Part shown: piece by piece, positions 5,510 through 14,428 of the stretch
How positions within the stretch are numbered: position 1 is the stretch's first letter
How the letters are laid out: each line of letters opens with the position of its first letter
Origin: Synechococcales cyanobacterium
GTDB lineage: Bacteria > Cyanobacteriota > Cyanobacteriia > Leptolyngbyales > Leptolyngbyaceae
Assembly (NCBI GenBank): GCA_035285565.1
Contig: JAYKGX010000423.1
Location: 1 to 15,492, forward strand
Length of the DNA: 15,492 nucleotides
Reading direction: 5' to 3'
Program-made: the position numbers and the translations under genes
The notes under the pieces: generated by a model
What the model was told of the DNA's origin: nothing
The model's database searches: none
Seen by the model: the letters and a program-made list of their open reading frames with translations, nothing else

Positions 5510-7717
5510 TTAAGTCTGTTCCGGTTTTGGTAAGTCGTTCACGATCGAGTCTACTTTCATCACTCCGTTTTGCTTGGCTAGAGTGGAGGCTTGGGTGGAG
5601 GTTTGGGTGGAGGGTGGCTGGGCTGGGCTGGTGGGGGGCTTGGATTTGGGCATCCCTAAGGAGGAAATTCCCGTGTTGCCCGTTTGCCCTTGGGTTTGGT
5701 TCCACAAAATCATGGAGAGCAAGCCATCGACCAAGCCGGAACCGTTGCCATTCTGCCCCACCAAAATATCGGGAATCAACCGCACATTGCGATCGCCGAT
5801 AATCTGCATCAACTGCATGGCCGTATACCCCTGAGAACCCAGTGCTCGCACCCCGGCTTGATAGCTATCTGCCTTAGCTTGCCCGATCGCCCGGACGGCA
5901 TCAGCTTCCCCAGCAGCTCGTAATTTTGTGGCTTCGGCTTCTCCGCCCGCCTGCTTGACTTGGGAGTTGGCCTGCAGTTCGGCAATACTGACGTTTTGTT
6001 CTGCCCGCACGAGATCCTGCTGAATTTCTGCCAGAGCCGTTTCCCGCACCAGTTGCTGCCGCTGAGTTTGTGCCAGTTGTTGTATTTCGTAGGTTTTGCG
6101 TTGTTCCTCAGCAATTTTCCGGTCTGTTTGAGTTTGCATTAACGAGGTGGGTGGCTGAATATCTCCGATCAGGGTATCGATCGCTTGCACATCATAGCTG
6201 CGGAGTGCCAGTTTGATGTAGTCTGCCCCTTCGGATTGGCGTTCGCTGCGGGCACTGAGGAAATCGAGGACGGTGGAATCCTGCGCCGAGTTGCGGAAAT
6301 AGTTGCCGATCGTTGGCTCTAGGACGTGATCGACTAAGTTTTGCATCGAACCCACGCGTGAAATCACCTTCGGCGCATCCAAGGCTCCCACATGGATAAT
6401 CTGCGCCACTTCCAAGTCAAAGGCAAAGCCATCCCGCGATCGCACCGTTAGGGAAGCAAGTTTTGCATCGTAGTTATGGCGTTCCGTCCGGCTAGACCAG
6501 TTCAGGACAATATTAGTGGTGGGCACCAGTTCCACCTTCATGACACGGGTATTGATGGGATGCTTGCCGGGGTAGAGCGGTTCAGTCCATACGCCTTTGT
6601 GCCCTGGGTACACCAGATCGCCATGGGTAAAGGATTCGCCACTCACGTCCTGATGTTCTTTGCCAACGTAGGAAATCACCACCCCGACGTAACCGATCGG
6701 CACTTCTGTCATGGGCACTTGTTCTACCTGCACCAGCCAAGGGTTGAGGTTCCAAGACCCCGAGAGCAGAATTTGTTCCTGTAAGCCCCGTCGCCCGCCC
6801 GCTTCGATGAATTTTTGTCCGTTTTGGAAGTTGTTGTGTCCGGCGATCGTTCCCCCAGCAATTTCTCCAGCTTCGATCGGTTTGCCATCCAAAGTGGTGA
6901 CAATGCCGACTTTATCGGGACGGACGGTATGCACCATCAACTGATCTGCCGCCATTCCTTGTTTCGTGGCTTGATCAGCGGTAATCACTTTGAACAGGGC
7001 TGTGTTGATCCGGTAGGTTCCGGCGGTGAGAAAGCCCATCTGTCGTCCCTTTTCGCCCCCTTGAGTTAGGAACTTACGAGCATCTTGGAAGTGATCACAA
7101 TCCACGATCCGACCCAGAATGCGATCGGGGGGAATGGCGCGACCATCATTGGCGACGAGGAGAGCAATTTGCCCTTGAGGCACGACGACCACGGGTTCCT
7201 TGCGAACAGAATATTGCCAAGGCCAGTAACCCCAGTGCCAACCCGGCGCTAAAACATCGGCTTGATAGCCTGCTTCCCCATTCAGGGCAATGAGCCGACC
7301 CGCTGTCAATTGTTTCCCGGCGAAGGAGACTTTTTTCACCACAATGCCAACTTCGCGTTCACTGATCACCACCAGACCTGCCCCGACGATGACGGCTAGA
7401 CTACCACCCAGCAACATCAGCGGAATTAAACCCCAACTGGGCAAGAAGGTATCATCCATCACGGCTGCAAGGGGCTGCGTCATCTGATGTTGACTGAGGG
7501 GAGAAACCGCAGAGGCAGAACCTTCAGGCAGTGATCCGATAGGCATCGTGGCGGCCAGGAAAGAGGACGATCGCTCTAGGGTTGGCTGGCTGGCGGAACT
7601 GGCAGCGATCGGCTGGGCTGTTGCCGGAGTCAGGAATCCAAACGAAGCGATCGCGGATGAAACCGACGCTAAAGCCGCTAAACGAATAGCCTGCGACACC
7701 TTATTCAAAGTCTTCAT
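5510..7717 (-). CDS. Flotillin / SPFH (band-7) family membrane protein with N-terminal signal-like and TM segments
   Basis: 735 aa. The N-terminus is MKTLNKVSQAIRLAALASVSSAIASFGF, followed by a hydrophobic TM segment (LIPLMLLGGSLAVIVGAGLVVI) and an SPFH core. The C-terminus has coiled-coil Ala/Glu/Gln-rich flotillin repeats (QLAQTQRQQLV...EAEATKLRAAGEADAVRA). Confidence 0.85.
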   Translation of the reverse strand: MKTLNKVSQAIRLAALASVSSAIASFGFLTPATAQPIAASSASQPTLERSSSFLAATMPIGSLPEGSASAVSPLSQHQMTQPLAAVMDDTFLPSWGLIPLMLLGGSLAVIVGAGLVVISEREVGIVVKKVSFAGKQLTAGRLIALNGEAGYQADVLAPGWHWGYWPWQYSVRKEPVVVVPQGQIALLVANDGRAIPPDRILGRIVDCDHFQDARKFLTQGGEKGRQMGFLTAGTYRINTALFKVITADQATKQGMAADQLMVHTVRPDKVGIVTTLDGKPIEAGEIAGGTIAGHNNFQNGQKFIEAGGRRGLQEQILLSGSWNLNPWLVQVEQVPMTEVPIGYVGVVISYVGKEHQDVSGESFTHGDLVYPGHKGVWTEPLYPGKHPINTRVMKVELVPTTNIVLNWSSRTERHNYDAKLASLTVRSRDGFAFDLEVAQIIHVGALDAPKVISRVGSMQNLVDHVLEPTIGNYFRNSAQDSTVLDFLSARSERQSEGADYIKLALRSYDVQAIDTLIGDIQPPTSLMQTQTDRKIAEEQRKTYEIQQLAQTQRQQLVRETALAEIQQDLVRAEQNVSIAELQANSQVKQAGGEAEATKLRAAGEADAVRAIGQAKADSYQAGVRALGSQGYTAMQLMQIIGDRNVRLIPDILVGQNGNGSGLVDGLLSMILWNQTQGQTGNTGISSLGMPKSKPPTSPAQPPSTQTSTQASTLAKQNGVMKVDSIVNDLPKPEQT

Positions 7718-7990
7718 AGAAGCGTAAAACTCAGGGTTGAAGAAAAGATTTGAAGAGAATCAATCCACCCTAGCGATGCCGATTTGGGATTCTGCCGATC
7801 TTGCAACGTAATTTCACAAAGGGTCTAAACCCAGCATTTTGATCGGAGGTCAGCAACCCCTAACGGATCGGTTACTAGTGGGATTAGCACTCAACTACCG
7901 ATCGCCCTATTCTGATTCCGGAAAACTCGCTCAAAATTTTTTGGTCCGCATTATGATTCTGCTCTGCGGTTCTGCCCCAAGCTAGTCTGT

Positions 7991-8037
7991 AGGCTTGGGC
8001 ACTCTAGGCTTGGATACTCCTCAGGCTTGGGCACTCT
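7991..8037. repeat. Three 15-bp direct repeats AGGCTTGGGCACTCT / AGGCTTGGATACTCC / AGGCTTGGGCACTCT
   Basis: Copies at 7991-8005, 8006-8020 and 8023-8037. They lie about 275-320 bp upstream of the flotillin start (the gene is on the minus strand). This looks like a possible transcription-factor binding array. Confidence 0.6.
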
Positions 8038-8100
8038 TTCCGATCGTTTTGCCCATTACCCAAATAGCATCTGAATCTTCTGCATCTAATGAATATTTTT

Positions 8101-8129
8101 GGACACAATATGTTGCACACAATATGTCC
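8101..8129. repeat. Direct repeat ACACAATATGT x2 bracketed by inverted GGACA/TGTCC
   Basis: ggacacaatatgttgcacacaatatgtcc is seen directly. It lies next to a 6-bp GTGGGG/CCCCAC hairpin (8130-8157), just downstream of the DUF2949-like gene on the minus strand. Confidence 0.5.
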
Positions 8130-8158
8130 GTGGGGGGCGATCGATTGCCAACCCCACC

Positions 8159-8368
8159 CTAACTTAATGAACCAACACTATCTAGCCAATCAAAAATCTG
8201 CTCCAACTGGTTCAAGGAAATGAGTCCATAACGCCAGAGAGTCATGGGTAACAGACTAGGGGTCTGCTCTGAGTGCTGTAGTGCCAGCCGGATTGAATCT
8301 GACGGTAGACCCATCTCCTCTCGGAGGAAATGAATCAATGGATGGTTAAGTAATTCCATAGGTCGCAC
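8159..8368 (-). CDS. Small conserved cyanobacterial protein, DUF2949-like
   Basis: 69 aa with a GTG start; an internal ATG at 8359 gives 66 aa. The ...PLIHFLREEMGLPSDSIRLALQH...LPMTLWRYGLISLNQLEQIFDWL pattern resembles the roughly 70-aa DUF2949 family as I remember it. Confidence 0.55.
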   Translation of the reverse strand: MRPMELLNHPLIHFLREEMGLPSDSIRLALQHSEQTPSLLPMTLWRYGLISLNQLEQIFDWLDSVGSLS

Positions 8369-8868
8369 CCCTGTCCCAATTCATGTTGGGATACGGAACA
8401 ATAAGTAATACCAGTAGACGATGCACCTGAAAACAACTGTCACCCAAAAGATTGAAAGCAGAAATAATCAAGACAGTGAATCAAAACGAGCAAAATCAAG
8501 GCAACAGGTTCAAATTTAGCCAGGAACTCACCAAGGGACGCAATAAAAGCCCTGAAGACCAACAGGTTGGTATTGGGACTTGGTATTGGTACGATTTGCC
8601 CCACCTGTTTGGTTTTGTCTGTTGTTTACAGCACTGAAACTGAAAATTCTCCAGAACCTTTGTGATATTTTGCCTCAACTTTTTCAATTTGTCTCTTTTT
8701 TTTGATTTTCCTTAGATTTGCTTAAAGCGATCGCTGCGCTGAATCAGTAGAAATAACTATTTCCCCTTCGCTGAGGGCAATGCTCCAGTCAGAGGGTAGG
8801 TCTTTTTTTGCAGGTCTTTTGCAGGTATTTTGGGTGTAGCAACTGCCCTATCGTCAAATGGTTTCAGT

Positions 8869-9810
8869 ATGTCGTCCCCCCAGTCTTCTCCTCCCTCTCA
8901 GCGTACTTCGGTATTCCAGTCCTTTTGGCGGAAACTGACTGCCCGGATTCGTAGTCTGTTCCATCGTCTCTTCCGTTGCTCTAGGCAGATGAATCCTATG
9001 ACTACTTTGACAGCGGTTCCCGCCGATCGCTACTTGCCCCCGCCCGCAACCCGACAAGCTGCCGAAGCGGCGATCGCACTGTTTGAGCAATCTCCTCAAG
9101 CGGGAGTCTGGCCGTTTCTCGACAAAACGACCTTGGTGGCAGAATTACGCGATCGGGTTCACAATCCCTTTCAGGTGAACCAAGGCGGACAGCCCTTTTG
9201 TGGCCCAGCGGTGGTGCTGTTTGAGCTGGTTCGCACGCAACCTGTGAAATACGTGCAATTGTGCGAAAGCTTGTTTCAAACGGGCAAATTTCAGGGTAAG
9301 ACCCAAACGATCGTGGCTTCGGAGAAACTGCGTCGTGCCAGCCGGGGCAATCTGCTCATGAGCCAGGTAGATTGGATGGTGTTAGCCACCCTGCGGGAAT
9401 CTGAGAACCTGCTTTTTCCTGTAGAACCGAATGCCCCCGACCTGATTCGCAATCTAGCAGGCATGACCAAATCCTGGGAACTCATCGGCTGGATCGAAGA
9501 ACTGCTGGGCTACAGCCAGGTTAAATACCATCCCGCTTACCTCTTCAATGATCTGAATGCCCTCCAAGCAGCCAACCAAACCCTCCAAGCGGGCGGTATC
9601 GCGATCGCCCTGATCACCGCCGAAACCCTGCTACAAAATAAACCCATGCCTCCCCTGCCCACCCACTGGATTGGCCTCTTAGGGGGAATTCAGATCGATC
9701 GTCGCCAAGTCCATTGCGATCTCTACACCTGGTCCCAAAAATTAACCCTCACTACAGATATTGAAAGTTTCAAAAAATACTTCTGGCTTACGATTACTGC
9801 ACAGCCTTGA
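8869..9810 (+). CDS. Hypothetical protein with a papain-fold (peptidase C39-like) Cys/His signature
   Basis: The 8830-9810 ORF starts with TTG. The first ATG is at 8869 (MSSPQ...) and the next at 8989 (MNPM...). The sequence has Q-x5-C in NQGGQPFCGPAVVL, comparable to C39 QxxxxDCGxAAL, and a downstream HWIGLLGG His motif about 155 aa later, followed by Asp residues. Confidence 0.55.
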   Translation: MSSPQSSPPSQRTSVFQSFWRKLTARIRSLFHRLFRCSRQMNPMTTLTAVPADRYLPPPATRQAAEAAIALFEQSPQAGVWPFLDKTTLVAELRDRVHNPFQVNQGGQPFCGPAVVLFELVRTQPVKYVQLCESLFQTGKFQGKTQTIVASEKLRRASRGNLLMSQVDWMVLATLRESENLLFPVEPNAPDLIRNLAGMTKSWELIGWIEELLGYSQVKYHPAYLFNDLNALQAANQTLQAGGIAIALITAETLLQNKPMPPLPTHWIGLLGGIQIDRRQVHCDLYTWSQKLTLTTDIESFKKYFWLTITAQP

Positions 9811-9944
9811 CCTAACCCGATCGCTGCGTAGCAGCCCCGACGATTCAGGCATCCACGAATTCCACCGATCGAACAGGTTCCAACCCACTCCCTTGGGCTA
9901 TGATCTGAGGGGCATTCTTAGATTCTTAAGATATTTGGCAGCAT

Positions 9945-11048
9945 ATGACGGTGCCCTTCGAGCTAGAAACCCCCCCTCTTTCTGATGCGATCGACCTTCC
10001 CCCCGGAGTTCAGCCCGAGGTCACACCTGCAACGCCATCCGTCCCATCCGATGCAGAAGCGATCGCCCCAAAGTCAGTGGCAACAGAGCCAGTGGCAACA
10101 GAGCCAGTGGCAACAGAGTCAAGCATGACAGAGTCAAGCATGACAGAGTCAGTGGCAACAGAGTCAAGCATGACGGAACAAACAATCTCTGAACCCATCA
10201 TGACGGACCAGATCATGACCGAGCAGATCATGACCGAGCAGATCATGACAGACCAGATTATGGCAGACGATGGGGCTGGCTCCGGGGGATCTGATACGCC
10301 TTTCTCCGGTGGCACCGACGGCTTTGGTTCAGAAGAAGAGGAGGATCTTGATGATGTGGAAATGTCTCTCTTCGATCACCTAGAAGAACTGCGGCAGCGG
10401 ATCTTTTATTCCTTAATTGCCGCAGGGGTTGGGATTGTTGGTTGCTTTACCCAAGTTCGACCGATCGTTGCATTGCTGGAACAACCTGCCCAAGGGGTGA
10501 AATTCCTACAACTGTCGCCCGGTGAATTTTTCTTCGTTTCAGTCAAAACAGCGGGTTATGCAGGGCTTCTCCTGTCTGCCCCCTTCATCCTGTATCAGAT
10601 TATTGCCTTCGTCACCCCCGGTCTCACCCGACGGGAAAAACGATTTTTGGCTCCGATCGTCCTGGGTTCCAGTGTGCTCTTCCTGGCAGGACTGTTCTTT
10701 TCCTACATTGCCCTTATTCCCGCTGCGCTGAATTTCTTCGTTTCCTATGGCGGGGATGTCGTTGAACAGGCTTGGTCGATCGATCGCTATTTTGAATTTG
10801 TGCTACTGCTGATGTTTAGTACGGGCATTGCCTTCCAAATCCCGATCGTGCAAATGCTGCTGGGCTTGCTGGGCCTCGTCTCCTCGCAGCAAATGCTTTC
10901 TGGCTGGCGTGTGGTACTGGTTGGGGCGGCGGTTGCAGGAGCTATTCTCACCCCTTCAACGGATCCGCTAACGCAGAGTTTGTTAGGAGGAGCCGTCGTT
11001 GCCCTCTACTTTGCAGGGATTGGACTCGTTCGGCTGTTAGGAAAATAA
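9945..11048 (+). CDS. tatC: Sec-independent protein translocase subunit TatC with a roughly 140-aa repetitive acidic N-terminal extension
   Basis: The C-terminal roughly 230 aa is a typical six-TM TatC ([21 protein letters not shown]..., [11 protein letters not shown]...). The N-terminus carries pentapeptide repeats VATEP/SMTES/IMTEQ. An in-frame internal ATG at [11 protein letters not shown] would give a conventional-length TatC. Confidence 0.85.
   Translation: MTVPFELETPPLSDAIDLPPGVQPEVTPATPSVPSDAEAIAPKSVATEPVATEPVATESSMTESSMTESVATESSMTEQTISEPIMTDQIMTEQIMTEQIMTDQIMADDGAGSGGSDTPFSGGTDGFGSEEEEDLDDVEMSLFDHLEELRQRIFYSLIAAGVGIVGCFTQVRPIVALLEQPAQGVKFLQLSPGEFFFVSVKTAGYAGLLLSAPFILYQIIAFVTPGLTRREKRFLAPIVLGSSVLFLAGLFFSYIALIPAALNFFVSYGGDVVEQAWSIDRYFEFVLLLMFSTGIAFQIPIVQMLLGLLGLVSSQQMLSGWRVVLVGAAVAGAILTPSTDPLTQSLLGGAVVALYFAGIGLVRLLGK
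10076..10270 (+). repeat. Thirteen tandem 15-bp (5-codon) repeats inside the 5' part of tatC
   Basis: Units gtggcaacagagcca (x2), gtggcaacagagtca (x2), agcatgacagagtca (x2), agcatgacggaacaa, acaatctctgaaccc, atcatgacggaccag, atcatgaccgagcag (x2), atcatgacagaccag and attatggcagacgat. The spurious antisense ORF 10010-10315 is a by-product of these repeats. Confidence 0.8.
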
Positions 11049-11060
11049 TTTGATTGAAAA

Positions 11061-11672
11061 ATGCCAGGGGTTTCTTTTGAAAATTTGATTGCAGCAGGTC
11101 GATCGGGGCACTTAATCAGCTTTCCGACGGATACGGTTCCAGCCTTGGCTGCTCGACCCGATCGCGCCAGTTTAATTTACCAAGCCAAACAGCGAGATCT
11201 CAGTAAACCAATCATCCTGATGATGGCAGAGATTGATCAACTCTGGGATTACGTCCTAGGCAGCCTGGAAGAACGACAACAGTGGCAATATCTCATGCAC
11301 CGCCATTGGCCGGGGGCTTTAACCTTAGTCCTGCCCGCTAGTGATCGGGTCTCACCCGAAATGAATCCGCTCAATCCAGGGACGATCGGAGTCCGAGTGC
11401 CCGATCATGATTTAGCACGTCGGATCCTGGCACAAACGGGAGCTTTGGCAACAACCAGTGCCAATCAATCTGGACAGCCTGCTTTGCTAGAGATGAGTGC
11501 GATCGCCCAACAGTTTCCCGAAGCGTATCAATTAGCAATCGAGCCAGGAGGAGAGGAGTCTGCCAGACTGTCTGGAACCGCTGCTTCTGGGACCCCTTCT
11601 ACCGTGGTGAAATGGGCTGGACAAGGCTGGCAACTGTTGCGGCAAGGGGCGATCGCGATCGAGGCATCTTGA
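11061..11672 (+). CDS. tsaC: L-threonylcarbamoyladenylate synthase (YrdC/Sua5 family, TsaC)
   Basis: 203 aa with YrdC-domain motifs: FPTDTVPALAA, KQRDLSKPIILM, WPGALTLVL, GVRVPDH and ATTSANQSGQP. The start is 13 nt after the tatC stop. Confidence 0.85.
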   Translation: MPGVSFENLIAAGRSGHLISFPTDTVPALAARPDRASLIYQAKQRDLSKPIILMMAEIDQLWDYVLGSLEERQQWQYLMHRHWPGALTLVLPASDRVSPEMNPLNPGTIGVRVPDHDLARRILAQTGALATTSANQSGQPALLEMSAIAQQFPEAYQLAIEPGGEESARLSGTAASGTPSTVVKWAGQGWQLLRQGAIAIEAS

Positions 11673-11713
11673 AATCAGCTTGTGGAAATCCGTATGACGG
11701 AAAGAGGGCGATC

Positions 11714-11760
11714 GGGGGTTGAAAGTTCGGCTAACCCCCACCGTGGGGATTGGTTTTCCG
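11714..11760 (+). terminator. Candidate terminator downstream of tsaC
   Basis: GGGGGTT (11714-11720) pairs with AACCCCC (11733-11739). An alternative hairpin is CCCCA(ccg)TGGGG at 11736-11748. Either is followed by ATTGGTTTTCC (11749-11759). Confidence 0.35.
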
Positions 11761-11780
11761 AGAGAATCAACCGTTAGAAT
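11750..11780 (+). promoter_or_regulatory. Candidate clpP promoter (-10 TAGAAT)
   Basis: TAGAAT at 11775-11780, 35 nt upstream of the clpP ATG. A possible -35 TTGGTT at 11750-11755 would leave a long 19-nt spacer. Confidence 0.3.
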
Positions 11781-11814
11781 GGTGATCTAAGTTTTCACGA
11801 TCGCAGGAAACGCC

Positions 11815-12405
11815 ATGATTCCAACCGTTATTGAACAATCCGGTCGCGGCGAACGCGCCTTTGATATCTACTCGCGGCTGCTGCGGGAGCGTATTGTGTT
11901 TCTCGGGTCTGCGGTAGATGCCGAGGTTGCCAATCTTATCGTGGCTCAACTGCTATTTCTAGAATCAGAGGATCCAGAGAAAGATATTTATCTCTACATC
12001 AATTCCCCCGGTGGTTCGGTCTCGGCGGGGATGGGCATTTATGACACCATTAAGCAACTCCGACCGGATGTTTCCACAATTTGTGTCGGATTTGCAGCCA
12101 GCATGGGGGCGTTTCTGCTCAGTGCTGGAACCAAAGGCAAACGGATGAGCTTGCCCCATTCTCGCATTATGATTCACCAGCCCTTAGGTGGCGCACAGGG
12201 ACAGGCGACCGACATTGAAATCCAAGCTAAGGAAATTCTCTATATCAAGAGTCGCCTCAACAGTTTGCTAGCCGATCACACCGGTCAACCGCTAGAGAAG
12301 ATCCAAGAAGATACCGAGCGGGATTTCTTCATGTCTGCCGAAGAAGCCCAATCCTACGGATTAATCGATCAAGTGATTCAGCGCCGCCCATCCGCCATCC
12401 AGTAA
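11815..12405 (+). CDS. clpP: ATP-dependent Clp protease proteolytic subunit
   Basis: 196 aa with an intact catalytic triad context: [11 protein letters not shown] (Ser), IMIHQPLGG (His) and the ERD Asp. The N-terminal region [11 protein letters not shown]...RIVFLG is canonical. Confidence 0.93.
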   Translation: MIPTVIEQSGRGERAFDIYSRLLRERIVFLGSAVDAEVANLIVAQLLFLESEDPEKDIYLYINSPGGSVSAGMGIYDTIKQLRPDVSTICVGFAASMGAFLLSAGTKGKRMSLPHSRIMIHQPLGGAQGQATDIEIQAKEILYIKSRLNSLLADHTGQPLEKIQEDTERDFFMSAEEAQSYGLIDQVIQRRPSAIQ

Positions 12406-12447
12406 AGATGCGATTCATTGCGTCTCTACTGGTGTGAAATCGCATCT
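12406..12447. other. Perfect 10-bp stem hairpin immediately after the clpP stop, in the convergent gap with the kinase gene
   Basis: AGATGCGATT (12406-12415) pairs with AATCGCATCT (12438-12447) around a 22-nt loop. No U-run follows on either strand. It could be a U-less bidirectional terminator or an RNA stability element. Confidence 0.4.
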
Positions 12448-12553
12448 GCAGGGTGTGGGTGAAGTATGTTATCCAGAATCATCCACACCTCACCCAATGG
12501 CACTGGATTCGATCGCACACCACCCGATCGCCGCATAACTCGCAGGCTAAAGT

Positions 12554-14152
12554 CTAAGGAGACAGGAGCGGAGGAGTCATCAACTCAGGATTAATACGAG
12601 CTTTGATCTTATCCAACTCATTTTTGAGGGAGTTGCGGGCAGCTTGTTTGTAGGTGGCAGCATCTCCCGCGACCTGCCAAGTATTGGATAAAATAGACCA
12701 CTCTTGCAATTGGGACTGAAGCTGAGCATTGATCGCCACCTCAATCACAAAGGCACACTTGTGGGGTGCTTCTTCGGCAAAGAGCAAAATGTAGTAAATC
12801 CCCTTTTCTCCGAGCAATTGTAAAACGAGCTTACCTTGGGGCGTGTTCATATCAATAAAAGGATGGAGCCAGCGGGGAGGGCGGGTGTCGTGGCAGAAGC
12901 GGTTATAAATTCCAGTGATGCTGACAATCAGGGGATAGGGTGCCGCACAGCAGAGAAAATTTTTGTAAACTCGATTGTTCGGTTGTTTCAGCTTCAGCGT
13001 TTTGATTTCATCAAAGGGCAACATCGCATACATAGCCGGAATCGTGCGATCGAGCACTTTCAGTGGCGCGCAGAAGGTAATGTTGCCTTTGGTGGGAAGG
13101 GTCCAAATGGCGGTGCGATACAGTTCTTCCGTCAAGGAAGTCGTCCGAGGTCGCGATCCAGAGGTCAGGTGATCGACTGGATCAATCCGGCTGCCATGGC
13201 GATCGAGGGCTTGCTCAATCCGATCGGTGAGAGAACCCGGTACCACATTGCCCTTGTCGAGGGATTCGATCGCCTTCAGGATTTCCACCATGGATTGGGG
13301 ACGATCCTTCGGATTTTTCGCCAGACAATCTTGAATCAGATTTTCCAATAATTTGGGAATTCTGAGGGTTGGATTGATGGATTGAAACGATCGCGGCGCT
13401 TGGGTGCTATGGGCACGGTGCCAGCCACCAAAGGAATGGGTCTCTGCTTGGATGGGCAGCTTGCTACTCAGCATCTCAAACATCATGATGCCCAGGCTGT
13501 AGCAATCAGACAAAACGGTGAGTTCTCGTCCTTCCATTTGCTCGGGAGAGGAGTACACCATCGTGCCCATATAGGTACTGGTTTGTTGGGCAACATCAGC
13601 ATCTTCTTGCAAGACGCGGGAAATCCCAAAATCTAATACTTTCACCAGTTCACCTAAACTGGTATCCTTCACCACCAACATATTGCTGGGCTTGATGTCA
13701 CGGTGGATGATGGGACAGCGTTTGCCATCAATTTCGATGCCTTGATGGGCTGCCTGCAAGCCTAGACAAATTTGACGAATAATCTTGATAAATTGCTTGA
13801 GTGAGAGGGGCTGCTGACGGATCAAATCACTCAGACTATCGCCCTGTAGATATTCCATGACATAGTAGGGCACATCATCGTGGACTCCATAGTCCATCAC
13901 GCGAACGATGTGAATACTTTTTTGCCCGAGCTGTGCGCAAATACTGGCTTCTGTCCAGAATCGATCGCGCATGCGCTGGTTTAACAACGTCTGGGATAAA
14001 AACTTGATGGCAACGATTGCGCCACCCAATCGGAGATCTCTGGCTTTATAGACTCGCCCCATCGCACCCTTACCTACCAACTCTAAAAGTTGGTAGCGAT
14101 TGTCTAGGATGTCATCGGGGGTATCGGTCATAGGAGGCACAAGGTACTGCAC
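12554..14152 (-). CDS. Hanks-type Ser/Thr protein kinase with an uncharacterised roughly 230-aa C-terminal domain
   Basis: GKGAMGRVYKA with AIK (subdomains I and II), HRDIKPSN, DFG and SPE in the N-terminal roughly 300 aa. The longest ORF starts with GTG at 14152; the first ATG, at 14131, gives MTDTPDD... The C-terminal half has no motif I can assign. Confidence 0.85.
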   Translation of the reverse strand: MQYLVPPMTDTPDDILDNRYQLLELVGKGAMGRVYKARDLRLGGAIVAIKFLSQTLLNQRMRDRFWTEASICAQLGQKSIHIVRVMDYGVHDDVPYYVMEYLQGDSLSDLIRQQPLSLKQFIKIIRQICLGLQAAHQGIEIDGKRCPIIHRDIKPSNMLVVKDTSLGELVKVLDFGISRVLQEDADVAQQTSTYMGTMVYSSPEQMEGRELTVLSDCYSLGIMMFEMLSSKLPIQAETHSFGGWHRAHSTQAPRSFQSINPTLRIPKLLENLIQDCLAKNPKDRPQSMVEILKAIESLDKGNVVPGSLTDRIEQALDRHGSRIDPVDHLTSGSRPRTTSLTEELYRTAIWTLPTKGNITFCAPLKVLDRTIPAMYAMLPFDEIKTLKLKQPNNRVYKNFLCCAAPYPLIVSITGIYNRFCHDTRPPRWLHPFIDMNTPQGKLVLQLLGEKGIYYILLFAEEAPHKCAFVIEVAINAQLQSQLQEWSILSNTWQVAGDAATYKQAARNSLKNELDKIKARINPELMTPPLLSP

Positions 14153-14299
14153 GAGGGCACTTCTAACAGTTTAAAAGAGGGTTTGACAAAATGCGATCGC
14201 GGACATTCAAAGTATCCAAGATTTCACACCAGCATCGGCGATCTCACAGACCTTAAAAACAGAATCATTCCCGGTGGAGATGATACTAGCCTCAGTATG

Positions 14300-14363
14300 G
14301 ACAGAAAACCAGTGAAAACTAACGTGGCTAGCGGGTTAAGCCATAAAAGGTGACAACCCGCAA
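14300..14363 (-). terminator. Candidate minus-strand terminator downstream of the 148-aa ORF
   Basis: A 9-bp stem, 14329-14337 paired with 14355-14363, whose core is GCGGGTT/AACCCGC. On the minus strand a U-rich run follows (UUAGUUUUCACUGGUUUUCUG, reverse complement of 14301-14322) after a 6-nt gap. Confidence 0.35.
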
Positions 14364-14428
14364 TTTCACCTGATGCTGAATCTACTCTTTATCTTCCAAA
14401 TAGAAAAATATGCACCCGGATAAAAAAC

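Noticed and set aside
5527-7487. Multiple 60-100-aa plus-strand ORFs within the flotillin gene
   Set aside because: They are antisense or off-frame to a 735-aa ORF that carries SPFH and flotillin motifs.
8452-8637. 61-aa plus-strand ORF (MKAEIIKTVNQNEQNQ...), TTG-initiated
   Set aside because: It sits in an A-rich low-complexity region with short direct repeats (TTGGTATTGG x2), has a non-ATG start and no conserved features. It is a possible small protein, but the support is too weak to call.
10010-10315. 101-aa antisense ORF inside the tatC repeat region
   Set aside because: Its periodic translation (SVMICSVMI...) is a direct artefact of the 15-bp tandem repeats read on the opposite strand.
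12836-13351. 171-aa plus-strand ORF inside the Ser/Thr kinase gene
   Set aside because: It is antisense to a strongly supported kinase CDS and has no recognisable motifs.
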